The translations under genes and the position numbers were made by a program. A DNA stretch of 64,000 bases, taken from positions 1 through 64,000 of the forward strand of contig NMRA01000411.1 of NCBI GenBank assembly GCA_002633005.1, in the 5' to 3' direction. Shown here piece by piece: positions 1 through 13,233 of the stretch. The DNA comes from Phoronis australis (Eukaryota > Animalia > Phoronida). Within the stretch, counting starts at the first letter, position 1, and each line of letters opens with the position of its first letter. The notes beneath the pieces are model-generated. The model saw nothing but the letters and a program-made list of their open reading frames with translations. It was not told the origin of the DNA and ran no database searches.

Positions 1-3000
1 AGGACAACTCAACTAATGAGCCTGCCTGGTCTCAAACAATAACAAACAGTCAAAGTTACAGACTACCATATTCGCCGTAATAACCGCCCAGGGCACTTAG
101 AAAAGTTCGGTTCAGGGGGGGCGCTTATTATAACCCAAGGCGGTTGAAACCTGGTCTCCGAAATGGGTGGAATCGGAAGCTAAGATTAATCAAATTTACG
201 CTCTGTGACGTATATGTAATCTATGAAAGAATTTCAACAAAACTGTGGTGCATTGCTATCAAACTTAGCTGCTAAATTACGATCATGTTACAGAAAATTG
301 GGCTGAAATCCAAGGGCGAAAACTCACCGACTGACTGCCTCGAAATCGCCGTCTTCGATATGGCGACTTCAATACCTGAATAAAAAATTTTTCGACTCAA
401 GCAAATTACCTGAAATCCTCATTAAGTTTTATAAGTAGCGTCTCCAAGATTTTTTAAGTTCCCGTGGATTCTGGATTAACGGCACGTTTTAAGTACAATA
501 ATATATCTGACACGAGAAAAATCGAAAAATAAAATTTCAGTTGTCCGACATATTGTGTCCGAACTTAGTGAGATTTTAAGGTACATAGCGTTGCTGATAA
601 CAAAACCCTTATTTTCACGTTATTAAACTTGCAAATATTAAACTTGCACGGAAATTTCCACAGCAACCCGTCAGCCATCAATTCCCATCAAAAGAAACCA
701 GGTGGCTCCACAAAGTATTTTACAATAAGCCAAGAACTTGCAATTCGTAATTTCCTGGCATATTGTAATTCCTTGGATGAATGGCAATGTCCATCACCTC
801 ACCATAGAAACAATAAAACCTCAGGAAAGAGTTACATAAAACACCAAAACACTGCTGCTGCCTATAGACCTTATTCACGAAGTCTCCATTTTAACAATAG
901 GACTCACTTTAGGTTTAAAAAACAATTGATTTGAGACATAAATATAATGAAACACGCAAAAAATCACCTTGCTTTTAAAACCTGAAAAGAGACTCTTTGT
1001 AATACGGTGACTGCGTGAAAAAGGTGTATAAAGACATTCAAATTTCAGTTGAAGTCTTTTACCTTTTTGTCAAGATTCAATAGCTGACATCTTGGCTTTT
1101 AGCAAAATTCCTCCTAACACTAAAAGCTATTATAACATACCAACCATTTTGCTCTTTGTATCAGGCCTTTTCATCACCTCATTTTCTAATATTAGGTTTC
1201 ACCCATTATTGTTACAGTCTGACCACATCTCACTAGATAAACACAGACATTGACACTACCCTCTGCTAACAACTCCAATGAGATACCTGAAGATGTTTTC
1301 TCGGAAACACCGAAAATCATAGGCATGGGAAGAGAGGGTAGGGATGGTAACTGGTTGCATTCACATTTGTATCACCATCCACTAAAGAATATCTAGAAAC
1401 AAATACGGGTGTTAACACAGAAAATTAGTAAAATTGAGAGTACGGTAATTATCAGCACACAACATGGCCGACAAGAGAAATTCTATTTTGTCAAATTTAT
1501 GAACAAAAATAAAAAAGAAAACTTTAGTCTACTACTAGCATGGTGTACACCGAGTAGATATCATAAAACAACTTTTAGTCGCCTTTCCATTATTTGCAGT
1601 ACAGAAATCAGCCTTTGGAAAATGGAAAAAGACATTTCTGACAATTTGTACAAAAGAAATGGAGAATTACTGTATTCTGCCTTTCGGCACAATACAAACT
1701 ACAACAGGGTCTCTTCTGCATTCCAAGTCCAGACCGACGCAATACCTGGGCCACCACGGGAATGGGAACATGAAACAATATAAAATGACGAAACATAAAA
1801 CACGATCTACAACATACATGGATCGAAAAACTGGAATCCATTTTAACAAAGACTGCACGCCAAGCTGAACAATAGACATTTACTCTAAGCTACCACTGTA
1901 AGTATATCAAACTTGTTTATGGAGCTCAACATTGAACATGAATGCACTGTAGAATTAAAATGTACAGTGCGCAGATTTGTTTATAAAAATGCAGTATCTC
2001 ATTTGCAATACCATATGTGCTACAACTGAGAATTTTTGGATAAAACCATGCCCATATGTCTGAGTCTCTAAACTGAAACGAATACATTCATGTCACTGTC
2101 CGATGCATAGATCACAACTTTTAAATTACTTTTTAGGATTTCTTCAGCCGAAAATGTTGGATTTCCAACTAATTTATTTCATTAAAGACGTACCATGACT
2201 GTATGTCAGATTTAGCACCCAAAGCTAAAAACACTGCGTAGCTTTGAGTTCATATCCTTTTCTATAATCCAAAATTGACCAATTAGATTGTACTGGTCTA
2301 AACTGAGGGCAAAGACCACAGTTCAAAGAGTGGTTGATTCTGAGGTTATCAGTGGTCCGAGCTGCAAGGGCTCAAGCCAAGGCCTTTGACCTTACCAAAT
2401 CTTGGTTGGAGTTAACATGAAAATACAAGAAGGAGAAGCAAGACCTGCTTTTATAGACAAAACACGTCTTATCCTTTCAGACAATCAGCTAAGTTCAGCA
2501 TCCTATGGTGAAAATTCTCCAGTTTGGGTAGTCTCTAAAATTTGGGATACAAAAATTGAAGCTACGTTGATTTTTTTTAATCTGAAGATTGGGCAATTTT
2601 GGCGTTTATCACATTTCACAATTATCGGATGCTACAATGTGAATCAACAGAGATTGGAAATGCTGTTAAAAAATGTCAAAATAGCCGCAACGTTTACATG
2701 TGACCCATATTGTGTAACATGAGTGTGAATGATCGTTTGTTGTTGTTTGTAATTCTTGAATTAGTGAAGACCAATGTTGTTTATTTCTAAAAATTAATTT
2801 GGTACAAGCTCGACACAGAGTAAAAATCTATTTTTCACTGTCCCACACTGGAGAATTTTTGATGTTATCATTAAGATATAAATTCAAGTTCAAGCATGAA
2901 CTTGAGAACCCAAGATCACAAAAATGGTATCAAATAATTGAAAACTAAAATAACTTGAAACTGATCGTCAGGCGATTTAAGCTGCACTCTTGCATTTCAA

Positions 3001-4299
3001 AATCTCAGAAAATTTGAAGGAAATGCTTTACAGGAACTATTTCCACTGTAATCTGTTGTGTCCCCATTAAGTCGAGAATCCCAGAAAGTTATGTAGTCCT
3101 ATTGGCAAACCTTTACACTGGCTTTGTCCTAACATCTGAGGGACAGAAGTAACATCCATTCCTTCATATCGGACTCTTCTTACTGGCAATCTCTAGAGTA
3201 CTGAGAGCGCAAAACTGACTTCCCCTTGATCCCAGCTCAGATTTGATGGACAGAAATCTAATTACTACATAGTAGTTCATTAAACAGAGAGTAAAGGAAT
3301 AAATCCCCAGTCAACTCATGCCATTGTTTGATTACGTTAAGTCCACTGAACTATTTTAGTTTTTTGACATCAGCTGGGATCGAAAGTCTCCCGCTTTATC
3401 AGCCGCAGGCGCTGGCTTTGACGCGGATTCTTCTTCACTGTGACAAAATAAATGTACAGGATATGTCATTCTTTATCCGTCCGTATTTCATTTCCGATAC
3501 TAACTCAAGCCAAAGGCAAATTTGAATACAGGAGTGTAACAACACCGATTTTACCACACACAGTACACAGAAAAAAAAAAAGAAATCAATCACGAACGTT
3601 TGATCTTCGAGACATTTACATACATGCCAATGTGGCACTTTAGATCAGGCTTCAATGCAGAATTGTCCTGCAAGAACACATGGATTCCTCCTCATATATT
3701 CAATTACTATACATTAGCAAAAGAGTATAGTTATTAAATTACCTTTTGCTGCCAATCACCATTACTGAGCTCAGGTTGAGTCCACTGAGTTCAAAAATCA
3801 ATATTACAGTAAAAGAAGGGTGTTAGGCGATACCCCTATTTATGAGAGAAATTTCTTAAGTTTGGACACAGAAAAACTATTAATTTTTAATAAAATTATA
3901 AGATCATGTTCCTAATTTCAAACGTACGAGTTTCAGGACAAATATATATATATATCATTGAATTTTTTCCGCAACAATGTATCATATTCATTACGCCACA
4001 TCTTATATGTCAATTGTCATATAGTGTTTGATTTTACTTTATTTCTGTTTCTGTTGACAAACGACGTTATTACATCCGAAAATTTCAGTTGATCCATTCT
4101 TGTTATTTTATTTACCTATTTATATAGGAAAATAAGAAACATAAATTTAGCGTTACCTAAAACTATGAAAATGCTTTCACTGGAAACATCCTACTAAGAG
4201 TAGTGCAACTTCTACTTCTTGATTCAATAACCAAACAGAATCTCTACCAACCTAGGGAAGTGTTAACATGTCTACCTTGGTCATCACACAACTAAATCT

Positions 4300-4590
4300 T
4301 CACAAATTTTCAAGTCCAATCTCAATAGGCAACTGACACACCACAGGTTGTCATTGTTGGTATAGTTCATTGTCACTCCCTGTAACTGACTGTATCTGTG
4401 CTTCATTACTTGTTGCTGGGCCTAGCTAGGTGGCCACTGTATTATGACTTCTGAGGATGGTGTTTAATAAATGACACCGAAACATGTCAAGTTTTAAATC
4501 CGTTGTTGTTTTCGTGAAAATTTTCAAGTAAAGATGCAAGTATTGACCAGAATACGAATATCATAAATATTCATGACCATACTTCACAAT
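4300..4590 (+). mobile_element. Penelope-like element pseudo-LTR remnant
   Basis: Contains a minimal hammerhead motif (4446-4493) followed by an AT-rich tract (...ttgaccagaatacgaatatcataaatattcatgacc) that resembles PLE pLTRs. Boundaries approximate. Confidence 0.55.
4446..4493 (+). ncRNA. Minimal type I hammerhead ribozyme (Penelope-type)
   Basis: gactt-CTGAGGA-t-ggtgt(ttaataaatg)acacc-GAAAC-at-GTC-aagtt: conserved core, 5-bp stem II, very short palindromic stem III (ACATGT), GUC cleavage triplet, stem I gactt/aagtt. Confidence 0.7.
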
Positions 4591-4649
4591 TAATGGCGTT
4601 TTTATTGTTGCTAGTAATCACTAGGACTACCTGAGTTACTCATCTAAAG

Positions 4650-5058
4650 TGCTGTCCATACAGACTTACCCTACAACAAGTAACTCTTGGAACGAGTTTT
4701 CGCTAGGTTTGGAGGCATTGTGGACGCCATTTAAACTAGTGCATCTTACACACTTGAGACAACTTACTCCACCTTATCGAGGTAGGGTAACTTGTTCTAG
4801 GGCTACTTGCGCCACTTCTAATTCCTGTGTGGCCGCAAAACTTCGGCAAGGTGGAAGCAATTATCAGCTGCTGTTACATACAGGCGGATTTTCTTTTGCG
4901 GGCCGTATTCACATAGGTGTTCATTATCATGAGCTAGAGTGACAAGTTTCGCCTTACTCTAGTTATCATACATGTGTGTGTGTAGACGCTCCACTTAAAA
5001 GTGGGGTAAGTTGCACTAGTGTAAGTTGTTCAAGGGTAGGCAAGAGTGTAGACAGGAC
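4650..5058. mobile_element. MITE with degenerate TIRs (Harbinger-like)
   Basis: ctgtccatacagacttaccct at the left end is an imperfect inverted repeat of agggtaggcaagagtgtagacagg at the right end; there are further internal inverted motifs. Confidence 0.4.
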
Positions 5059-5089
5059 ATACCATAGCAAAAACCAGTTCGAGGAATAC

Positions 5090-5596
5090 TGAAGGGTTAT
5101 GTAGGGTCTTACTCACAGGTCTGAGAATTTAGCCAAATATTTGCAAAACTATAGATTTTAATTCAGTAAAATTATATATTTTCTAAATGTGGAAAGCCTG
5201 TAGAACTTAATTTTTGACTTTTTAACACTTTGTCATTAGCTAAATCTTGTGAGAATGTCTTTTGGAGAAACTTAGCAAAAAAAAGAGGTACTATAACAAA
5301 AGAGAGGTACTATAACAAAAGAGAGGTACTATAACAAAATCATGGTGTCAACAACATGACCAAACTTCATTTGATATAAATTTTGAAGATGAAATATCAA
5401 AGCACTGTTACAAAGTGACAATTTTCTAAAATAATATCATTTCATTTTTGTTTTATGAAAATCATAAACAACTTTTAATATTTTATTGAAAATCATCCTA
5501 TCACTCCAATTTTGATAGCCCCTCATGCAAAAGACATTTCTGAGATATTAATGTTCCAAAACTGGCCGTTTTTCAAGGGTTCTACATAAACATTAA
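5090..5596. mobile_element. Kolobok-like (TTAA-flanked) non-autonomous element, copy 1
   Basis: Termini ggttatgtagggtc...gggttctacataaacattaa; the body is similar to 17036-17539 and 57207-57568. Includes a 19-bp tandem repeat (aaaagagaggtactataac x3, 5278-5340). Confidence 0.55.
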
Positions 5597-7664
5597 AGAC
5601 GTTTTCAAATACAAGACTGACATTTCAGCCAACCTATGCTGTAGTATTTAGAAATGCAATTTGTAGATTTCTCCTCCTACTTCTTATAGCAGTTTCCGTT
5701 GGAAAAGAACATTATTGAAAAAGCGTGTTGCAGTTGGTATATCAATGTTCACCTTCCTCCTGTTTGTCTCACGTGCATCAAGAAGTAAGTCTCAGGCAAA
5801 AACTGGCACTAATTAAAGGACTACGTATTTCTTTATCTCTGTGAATTTTCTTATTTTTCTCAAACCATGTGTACTTTCCAATGTTAAATGTCTTGTTTTT
5901 ACAGTTCAGTTAAGACTAAAATCTACAGAAAAAGGCAATACAAAACAGTACTATGCCATCTTATTTTGCTCATACAAAGAGCAGATGTGAGAAATGTTTG
6001 AAATATCAAGTACCTTTTATAATCAAGTCATTGTGTTCCTTCAGATATCTGTCAAAATTAGCAGTCATGGTATAATTTGTTTTCTCAAAATGTTTCCAAA
6101 AATATATTATTAAATCTTATAATGTTGTTTGTACATATTTGATTATCTGGCTTGTTCTCATACATTTTAATTGTCACCCAGATTCTGTTAATTCATTCAT
6201 ACAATTTCTGTTGTCTTCTTTTGTTTTTAATATGGCTGCTGGGTCTGTAAATAGACTTAAATACCTAATTATTGCATTCTATCTGCATTGAAATCTTTTT
6301 ACGTTCACGGCTTACGTTTAACTAGATTAGACATGTTAGAATAGATTCGATAAGATTAGCTTAGATTTGATAAGATTAGATAAGGTTTTTCTTTTTTTTT
6401 GTATTGTTTTAGGCGGTCAACATGCAGCGACACCTGTCTTTGTTTGACGACCTCGTGTTGGCATATGTTTGCTCAGGTTTGCTCGTCCATGATGCTTGAC
6501 ACAAAAATAAACAACTTCTTCCTCCTCTTGTCCTTATCAAACAACTTCAGGCATAAATGATAAGTGAAGCATTACTCAAAGACAACGACTATTTCCAATG
6601 ACATGTGCAGTCTTCATTCATACGGAGAGAACCCATATTGCTTACCAGTGTTATGTCAAATGCTCTCAACAGGAGCATAGCGTATTTGGACATACATAAC
6701 TAATTACTTGGTAACAATAATGTTACCATACAATCACCAACTCGTAAAATATTACATAAAACTCAGGTCATTCGTCCAAGGATGGTCGACCATACGTACA
6801 CACCCACAGTTAATTTTCCACTAAGAGCAAAAGCTATGCTTTGCTAACTATGAATTCCTCAAGCCAAACACCCTCCAAAAATATGGTAATCAAAGGAAAA
6901 AAACAGAGTTGGTTACAAATCTTTTTTTTTTCTTTTTTTTTGAAAGTCAGTGGTCCACCACTTTTTAGTAACATATTTTCAAAAAAGAAAATGCACGTGC
7001 GACGGGCATTGCTTACCCTTGCTTCATTGCCTTTACACAAGAAAACGAGATCTGCATTGAAATTGATAAGACAATCGTGGTTTTCGCTGATGAGTGTAGA
7101 ACTGAAAATGAGTCAGGGTAAAGACCGGAACCGACTAGTTTCGCTTAATCTCCATTTAACGCAAATGAAATCCATGGAATATCACTTGAAGCAATGTCAC
7201 TGATGCAAACCTGTTTTTCTGTTTAAAAGGGATCACCTTCTTTCGATCAACACACAATTAATTTACAAAAGTATGATTATAATACGAAATCAAATAGATG
7301 CTGGAATGCCGTGTAGTTACCGACGGATAAAAATATAAAATAGTAAAACTAGTAAAACTAAAACGACGTCGTTTTAGTTTTACTAACTTTTATTATTATT
7401 TATAATATGATGTAGATTATGAAGTTGAAATTTATCAGTGGTCAGTATTTCGTAGACAATACGACACATTTATAGTAGTTTTTCCAACGTCGACTCAGGA
7501 TTGATAAACGAATAATTGGAATTTGCTGGGAATCAATTCTGAAACCTTTCACTTCAAGGTCCACAACTTTACCCCTTAAAAAAATAAATGTAGGTGGTCT
7601 CCTACACTTTCAACCAGATGCATGCAGGCTGTTCATGGGGGCCCAGCCACCGATCACCTAGAAC

Positions 7665-7826
7665 CACTTTAAAGTTTTATTACTAGTAATACTACATTAG
7701 CTAAAACCGAGCTGAGGAGCTGGAGACCTGACTCAAGGGTTTAGCAGTGTACCCCAGTGGGACTCGAACCCACGACCTTGAGTAAAGGAAGTCAACACTT
7801 ATCCCACTAGGCCCGGCCACACTACC
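7665..7826 (-). mobile_element. tRNA-derived SINE
   Basis: Minus strand reads ggtagtgtggccgggcctagtgg... (A-box-like) and ggttcgagtcccactgg (B-box), followed by a non-tRNA body and an AT-rich tail; the cloverleaf is degenerate. Confidence 0.6.
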
Positions 7827-8485
7827 TCCTCGCAATTTTATCGCTTAAGTCATTATTACATCTTAGTGACAAGAAAAAAACTACATGTCAACCTCAGTAA
7901 GTCAACAATTGTACGAATCAGTGTTGTCAGCTGGTGCAGTTTACTTCTGATCAGATGTTCTTACATTCTAAATACCAGCAGCAAGTTCTTGATTAAACAC
8001 ATATCAATGTCAGCCAGATGCTGGTTCATTAATGAACAAGAGCAACTCTTTTAATGGACTACTGGTAGCGCATCCAGTTTCATTGAAGTCCCTAAAGGTT
8101 GCACACCAGCCATTTAGCATTCTAGGTCCAGCTTAAAACACATGGGCCTAAAGACGTGAATTCGTATACATTAGCTGCATTTATTTTATCAAACAAAAAG
8201 TAAATCAACTGAGCATTCGATTACCGTGTAATCGCCCATACGCCATTGGCATCCACAGGCAATGTACAGCCTAGGCAACACGTAGCCCCTCGGTTGGCCT
8301 CCGGCATCCAGGGCGATGTAATTGCCTATGTACTGCCTAGTCTATAGTCTTGACTATGCTTCGGTACTGATAGAGTATAACGGACCCTGTTGATTTAGAG
8401 AACCAATACTATTTTATGGGTACACTTACGCAATATGTTGCTGTCTTGGGTCAAGGCTTTTCATCGTTGCTTTGAGTGTAATAAA

Positions 8486-8588
8486 GGCACTGGTCGGATA
8501 TAGCAGTCCCTGAGTTTGAAAATCAGTTTCATACACTGAATAATGGGACCATTATTCAGTTAAATGATTGGTTCTCAAAATCAGTGCC
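8486..8588. repeat. Short palindromic MITE (GGCACTGGTCGGAT termini), one of at least 4 copies
   Basis: Same family at 13350-13447, 13952-14072 and 45782-45866, sharing the core gagaaccagtttcatccactgaataa and inverted ends. Confidence 0.55.
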
Positions 8589-8683
8589 TGGTTGAATAGG
8601 GGGGTTCATTTAAAAGAGAATTGAGAACCAGTTACTCCTGTCCTTATAGTGAATGACTAACAGGCATTTCGTTGGGAGTATAT

Positions 8684-11648
8684 TAGGGACGTGACAAAGT
8701 CTTGTCTCAACGCTGATTGGCTTTTCCCAGATATTGCGTAATGGCGATTATCGATAAGACAGCCATTGTCTCACGGTGGCTATAGTATTTCAGCTCTCTC
8801 TCCTCCAGAAACCAAGAAAACAGGGAACCACATTATTGATGACGTAGACCGTAAATTCTTCTGGGCATACGTCATTTTCTTTGTTGAATTTTCATTCTTG
8901 TCAAAGCATGTCACTGGTGAGAAGTTGGGGGAATTTTTCGCTCCTGTTTGACTGCTTGTATTTTGAAAGGTAAGTTATTTTCTCTTATGAAATGTGTTCT
9001 TTATTCTTATTTTATATCTTTTGCAACTGCTCACCAAATTTCAATTCAATCAAATCACCGTATCATGGTCTGCTAACTCCGTAAAAATTAAGACCCGAGG
9101 CAGGCATTCTCGCCAACCAGCCATAACGGACCAGTGTATCGGCATTGCCGTTTATGGTTAACAATTGCTCTTAAATTAGGTAGATTGACTAGTTTATGTA
9201 AATTAATAGCAGAATTGATCAATTTGGATGAAGTTCCATACATTTTCATGTGTAGTTTTTGTATATCAATGACTTTGTAAGGTGTAGTATAGGTAATCTT
9301 GGTCCGGCGAATTTTGGTCACGTGATCAAATCCCAGAGATTTGATTGGCTCAAAACCTGAATTCTTTGATTATGTTGAAGTGTGATTTTGGCTAGATTTT
9401 CTTCACAATATTGCCATGATTTGCTGTTTTTTTATGAAATAAAACCACAGTTTGTCAACTCCATATGACAGTAGTGTTTTTGTTGATTTTTTCATTGAAT
9501 AACATATAATGATTTTCTAATCAAACAGGTTAAAAAATTTTTTCAGTTTGGGACAAGAATAGCTTGCTGATATTGTTGTTCTTTCAAAAGTTAAGTTGGT
9601 GCCTGGAAAATCATTGAGTAGGTACATCGATTCTTTTACCTTCTTGAGGTATTTGACAAAATATAATTCCACTGGCCTGACATGATATTGTGTCCACAAC
9701 TGGAGAATTTACATTTGTAGTTTTCAAGTTCTTGAAGTACACTTATTAAGGAAAGGAACTGTTCAATTTTTTGAAAAATGATAAATCAATGCCTCATAAA
9801 AATCAGTGTAAAAAATTCAAACTTTAGTTTTAGGGTTCGTAGTGAGTGTTTAATAGTAATTACAGGACAAGGCAGTCTGAATCATTTGGTGTACAACAAA
9901 TATATTATGACACTGTACATTGGTATGTTAATTTTCTTACATGTCTTTTTTATAATTTCAGAATGCCTCCAAAAAAGTTGTCAGCTCTATCTCAATCTGG
10001 CAAAGCGAGACAGTTCCTGCAAGAGAACTTCAATTCTGTTCCCAGTGAAAACATGAAAAATGGATATGCCCTCTATGTGTTCTTACAGTGCAACAAATCA
10101 CTGACTAAGATAGTGTCAACTTTAAAGCGTGAACTTATTGGTAATTGGAAAATGACTAGAAGCAATATATCAACTCGCTGGTGAATAGGTCACTAAAGAG
10201 TATCAATCAGTTTCAAATGAAAGAAGAATGTCCCAGTTTAAAGTGTGCGAAGAGTTGTTTCCTCTCGTTCCTGAACCCAGTGAAGAACCTGTGTCTTGCG
10301 CGGTTGCTGACCCTCACCATGAACCTGTATTTCCTGAGCTGACAACCAGAGCTTGAAGGTGTCCCTTCAGTTGAATCAGAGCCATCCACCTCAACACCAT
10401 CCTCTAAGCGAGAAGCCCTAACACCTAGGAAACAAAAACTAAAGAGACGGCTACAGTATGTTTCGATGGAAAAGAAAACCATTCATGATCTCAAGTCTTC
10501 ACTGAAGTCTGCAAAAGCATGTCAGATCAAACATTTGATACAGCAGATAAAGCGCCAGAAAATTACCACTGAACAAAAGAAAAAAGGAATCGGTTTGTGT
10601 GCCCCCAAGGGCAACTTTTTTGTGTGTTTTCTTGTGTATCTTTAGAGTTCATTGATGGATTTTCATGAAACTTGGTAGTTAGGTTTCTATTAAGGAGACT
10701 AGTGCATTTGCTCCATCCGCATTGCACGCCCTAGTGGGATTAAAATAATGCCGATTCTTTGTATCTGTGCGATGCACTTAGTGTGCCTTTGTATTTGTTA
10801 CAGATGGACTTCTGAACCTCTGGGTAGTCTTGTTGCCGGTCAAGCAAAAATTTGTTCTTAAAGTTGAACGAATCTCGTTTTGGTTTCATTTATCTTGTAA
10901 AATTGTATTACTACAACTACTTTTCTGTTATGGGTGGCAGCCATCTTGGCAGCCATTTTGTACAAAATAAACATGTATGCATAACACAATTGTATGATAT
11001 CCGTGCAGTTCATAAAAACACATTTAATATTCATTTATTACGTGTACATCATGGTTACATGGTTGCTGAATCAATCTCTTCTTGTGGTCGTTAATGCAGT
11101 AATGTTGGCAGCCATTTTGGCAACTATTGCGGAAATGTCGAAAATATTGCCTAAACATGTTTTTCTCCATTCTCTTCAAAAAAGCAATGAAAAGACCTAT
11201 CATTTGGTATATCACACCATATAGTTTGTTAATGGTATATTACACCATATAGTTCATTAACGTAAAACAATAAGACGTTTTTGCAGTCATAATGGTGGCC
11301 ATATTGTCCGCCATTTTGGAATTTGGAATTTTTTGTTTTCTTAAAAATGTTTCTCACCAAGTAAATGCTAGGATTGTCATATCCTGAAATTTTCATGTTG
11401 TTATTAAAAGTATTGAGGAAGTTATTGTGAAAAAACTAATTTTGGGTCACATGAATGCGCATTTACTCCCATGTATTCAGAGGACTAAAAAAAAGGGCTA
11501 ATTATCGCTCTTCAAACGTTCATAAAAAGTCAACGGCTTAATGGATTTTGTTAATTTTTTTTTTGTTTGACTCTGTTTTTGATGTTTTATTAAATCAATG
11601 CATTTTTAAATATTAAATAAGAATTTGAAATTTTTTGTCACGTCCCTA
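8684..11648 (+). mobile_element. hAT-type DNA transposon, internally deleted
   Basis: 15-bp TIR TAGGGACGTGACAAA / TTTGTCACGTCCCTA; perfect 8-bp TSD GAGTATAT (8676-8683, 11649-11656). Internal splice donor at 8969/8970 and acceptor at 9961 lead into a frameshifted ORF (MPPKKLSAL...TPRKQKLKRRL). Confidence 0.85.
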
Positions 11649-11756
11649 GAGTATATGGTTCTCAAATTACTTTTAATCACAGGCGTCATCAGCTTCTGAT
11701 CGTCCCCACTACACTATATATAATACTACAAGGTATGACACTCCCGACCAGAAATT

Positions 11757-12334
11757 CCAAGGATGCTTCACTTCAACCGTCCATATCAAACACAAAACTC
11801 GATAAATTTACACAAAACAAGGTTTCAACAAACCATTAGCAATTGTTGGTTCTTCTAATACCATTCACTGTGTCCTGCTCCAGTGAGATCGCAACAAATT
11901 CGTGGTCAAAGTACAAAAATGTTCCCAAAAAGCTCACGCATTGAGCCTCCTTGGACGGTTCAAGGTCAAGGATGGTACGGAATTATCCGAAGAGTTATGG
12001 ATGGATGGCAATTGCCGGCTTGTCACGGAAGGTTACGAAATGGTCTGGCTAATGTGGAGTTATCGATGTCGTGACAGTCCGTGACAAATCAGCAATTGCC
12101 GCACTATCCTTGACCTCAAACCGTCCAAGGAGGCTCGATGCGTGGGCTTTTTGGGAACATTTTTGTACTTTGACCACGAATTTGTTGTGATCTCGTTGGA
12201 GCAGGACACCAGGAATGTTATTAGAAGGAACAAAAATTGCTAATTTATTTGGTTTGCTGAAACCTTGTTTTGTGTAAATTTATTGAGTTTTGGGTTTCAT
12301 TATGATATGGACGGCTGAAGTGAAGCACCCGTGG
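11757..12334. mobile_element. Foldback/MITE with about 225-bp inverted arms
   Basis: 11757-11985 is the imperfect reverse complement of about 12095-12334 (e.g. acaaattcgtggtcaaagtacaaaaatgttcccaaaaagc vs gctttttgggaacatttttgtactttgaccacgaatttgt). Confidence 0.75.
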
Positions 12335-13102
12335 GTACAAATCTAATGTCCCAATAATATTAACTGAACAAGCACTTCAGTGGGAGTAACTGGTTCTCCA
12401 ATCACTTTTAATCAATGACAAAACTATTCGAATATTACCATGTTGGGTACAAATATTCCCAGTGACCCTGTGTTCAGCTTAGTTCGGGTGTTTTATGTGG
12501 GTAGTCCCGCGCCATCCGAGGAAAGACGTGGCCGTGGCTGGGAATAGTCAATAAGCCCCCGGTCCGAACAGCGGCCACAATGGTCACAGCCAATGACGCT
12601 GGAACAACCGTTTCTAGAAGGCATTAAACATTGGTGAATTCGAAAAGTGACATTTATAAACCCCTTTATGCTTTAAATTTACCATTAGAACTGATAACAT
12701 ACCTATTTTTTTCAGTCAGGAAAAGTTTGTTGACTTGGTGACTCCTTCCGACCACACAACTTCAACTTCGTTAAGCTATAGACACGGGTCATTGAATGAA
12801 TAGGCCTATATAAACATAACTCTAAAACCCTTGCCAAAATCTTCAATTTTCCTTAAAAATTTCAGTTTATAATGGACTTTTTTGTTTTTAATAGACTTAA
12901 AGTTAAAATGAGAACAATTTTGCAGCTGGCTGCAGATAAATTTAGCACTTTTAGTTTTGTTGTTTACTTTCGAAAACAGGATTTTCAGTAAACGGCAAAT
13001 TTGAACTTATCTTACAACAGTTTTGCTATCGTAATGTACAAGTTCAATTGTTTTATTTATCAACAAATAAAAAAAAATAGCTTTGTAAAAGCATTGTAAA
13101 AC

Positions 13103-13131
13103 TTCGAAACTGGAGCGCACAAGTTTCCGCG
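13103..13131. promoter_or_regulatory. Putative CHR-like (TTCGAA) and E2F-like (TTTCCGCG) sites in the RAD51AP1 promoter
   Basis: Both motifs lie about 100-130 bp upstream of the ATG at 13234. They are short and could occur by chance. Confidence 0.3.
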
Positions 13132-13233
13132 ACTTTGTTTCTCGTTGATGGAGGGAAAAACAAAAAAATTATCACTGATTACTGGCAGATTCTCGTCAAC
13201 ATACCTCTGTGACATCATAGATTAGTGAGAGGA

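Noticed and set aside
600-3800. Short ORFs and splice-like signals on the minus strand
   Set aside because: The candidate exons I checked contain stops in all frames and show no recognisable protein motif; a lncRNA cannot be excluded.
7087-7115. CTGATGA...GAAA hammerhead-like string
   Set aside because: No convincing stem II, stem III or stem I pairing.
7745-7826. Functional tRNA gene
   Set aside because: Acceptor and D stems do not pair properly and a SINE-like body follows.
8860-8969. First exon of RAD51AP1
   Set aside because: It lies inside the TIR/TSD-bounded transposon; RAD51AP1 has its own ATG exon at 13234.
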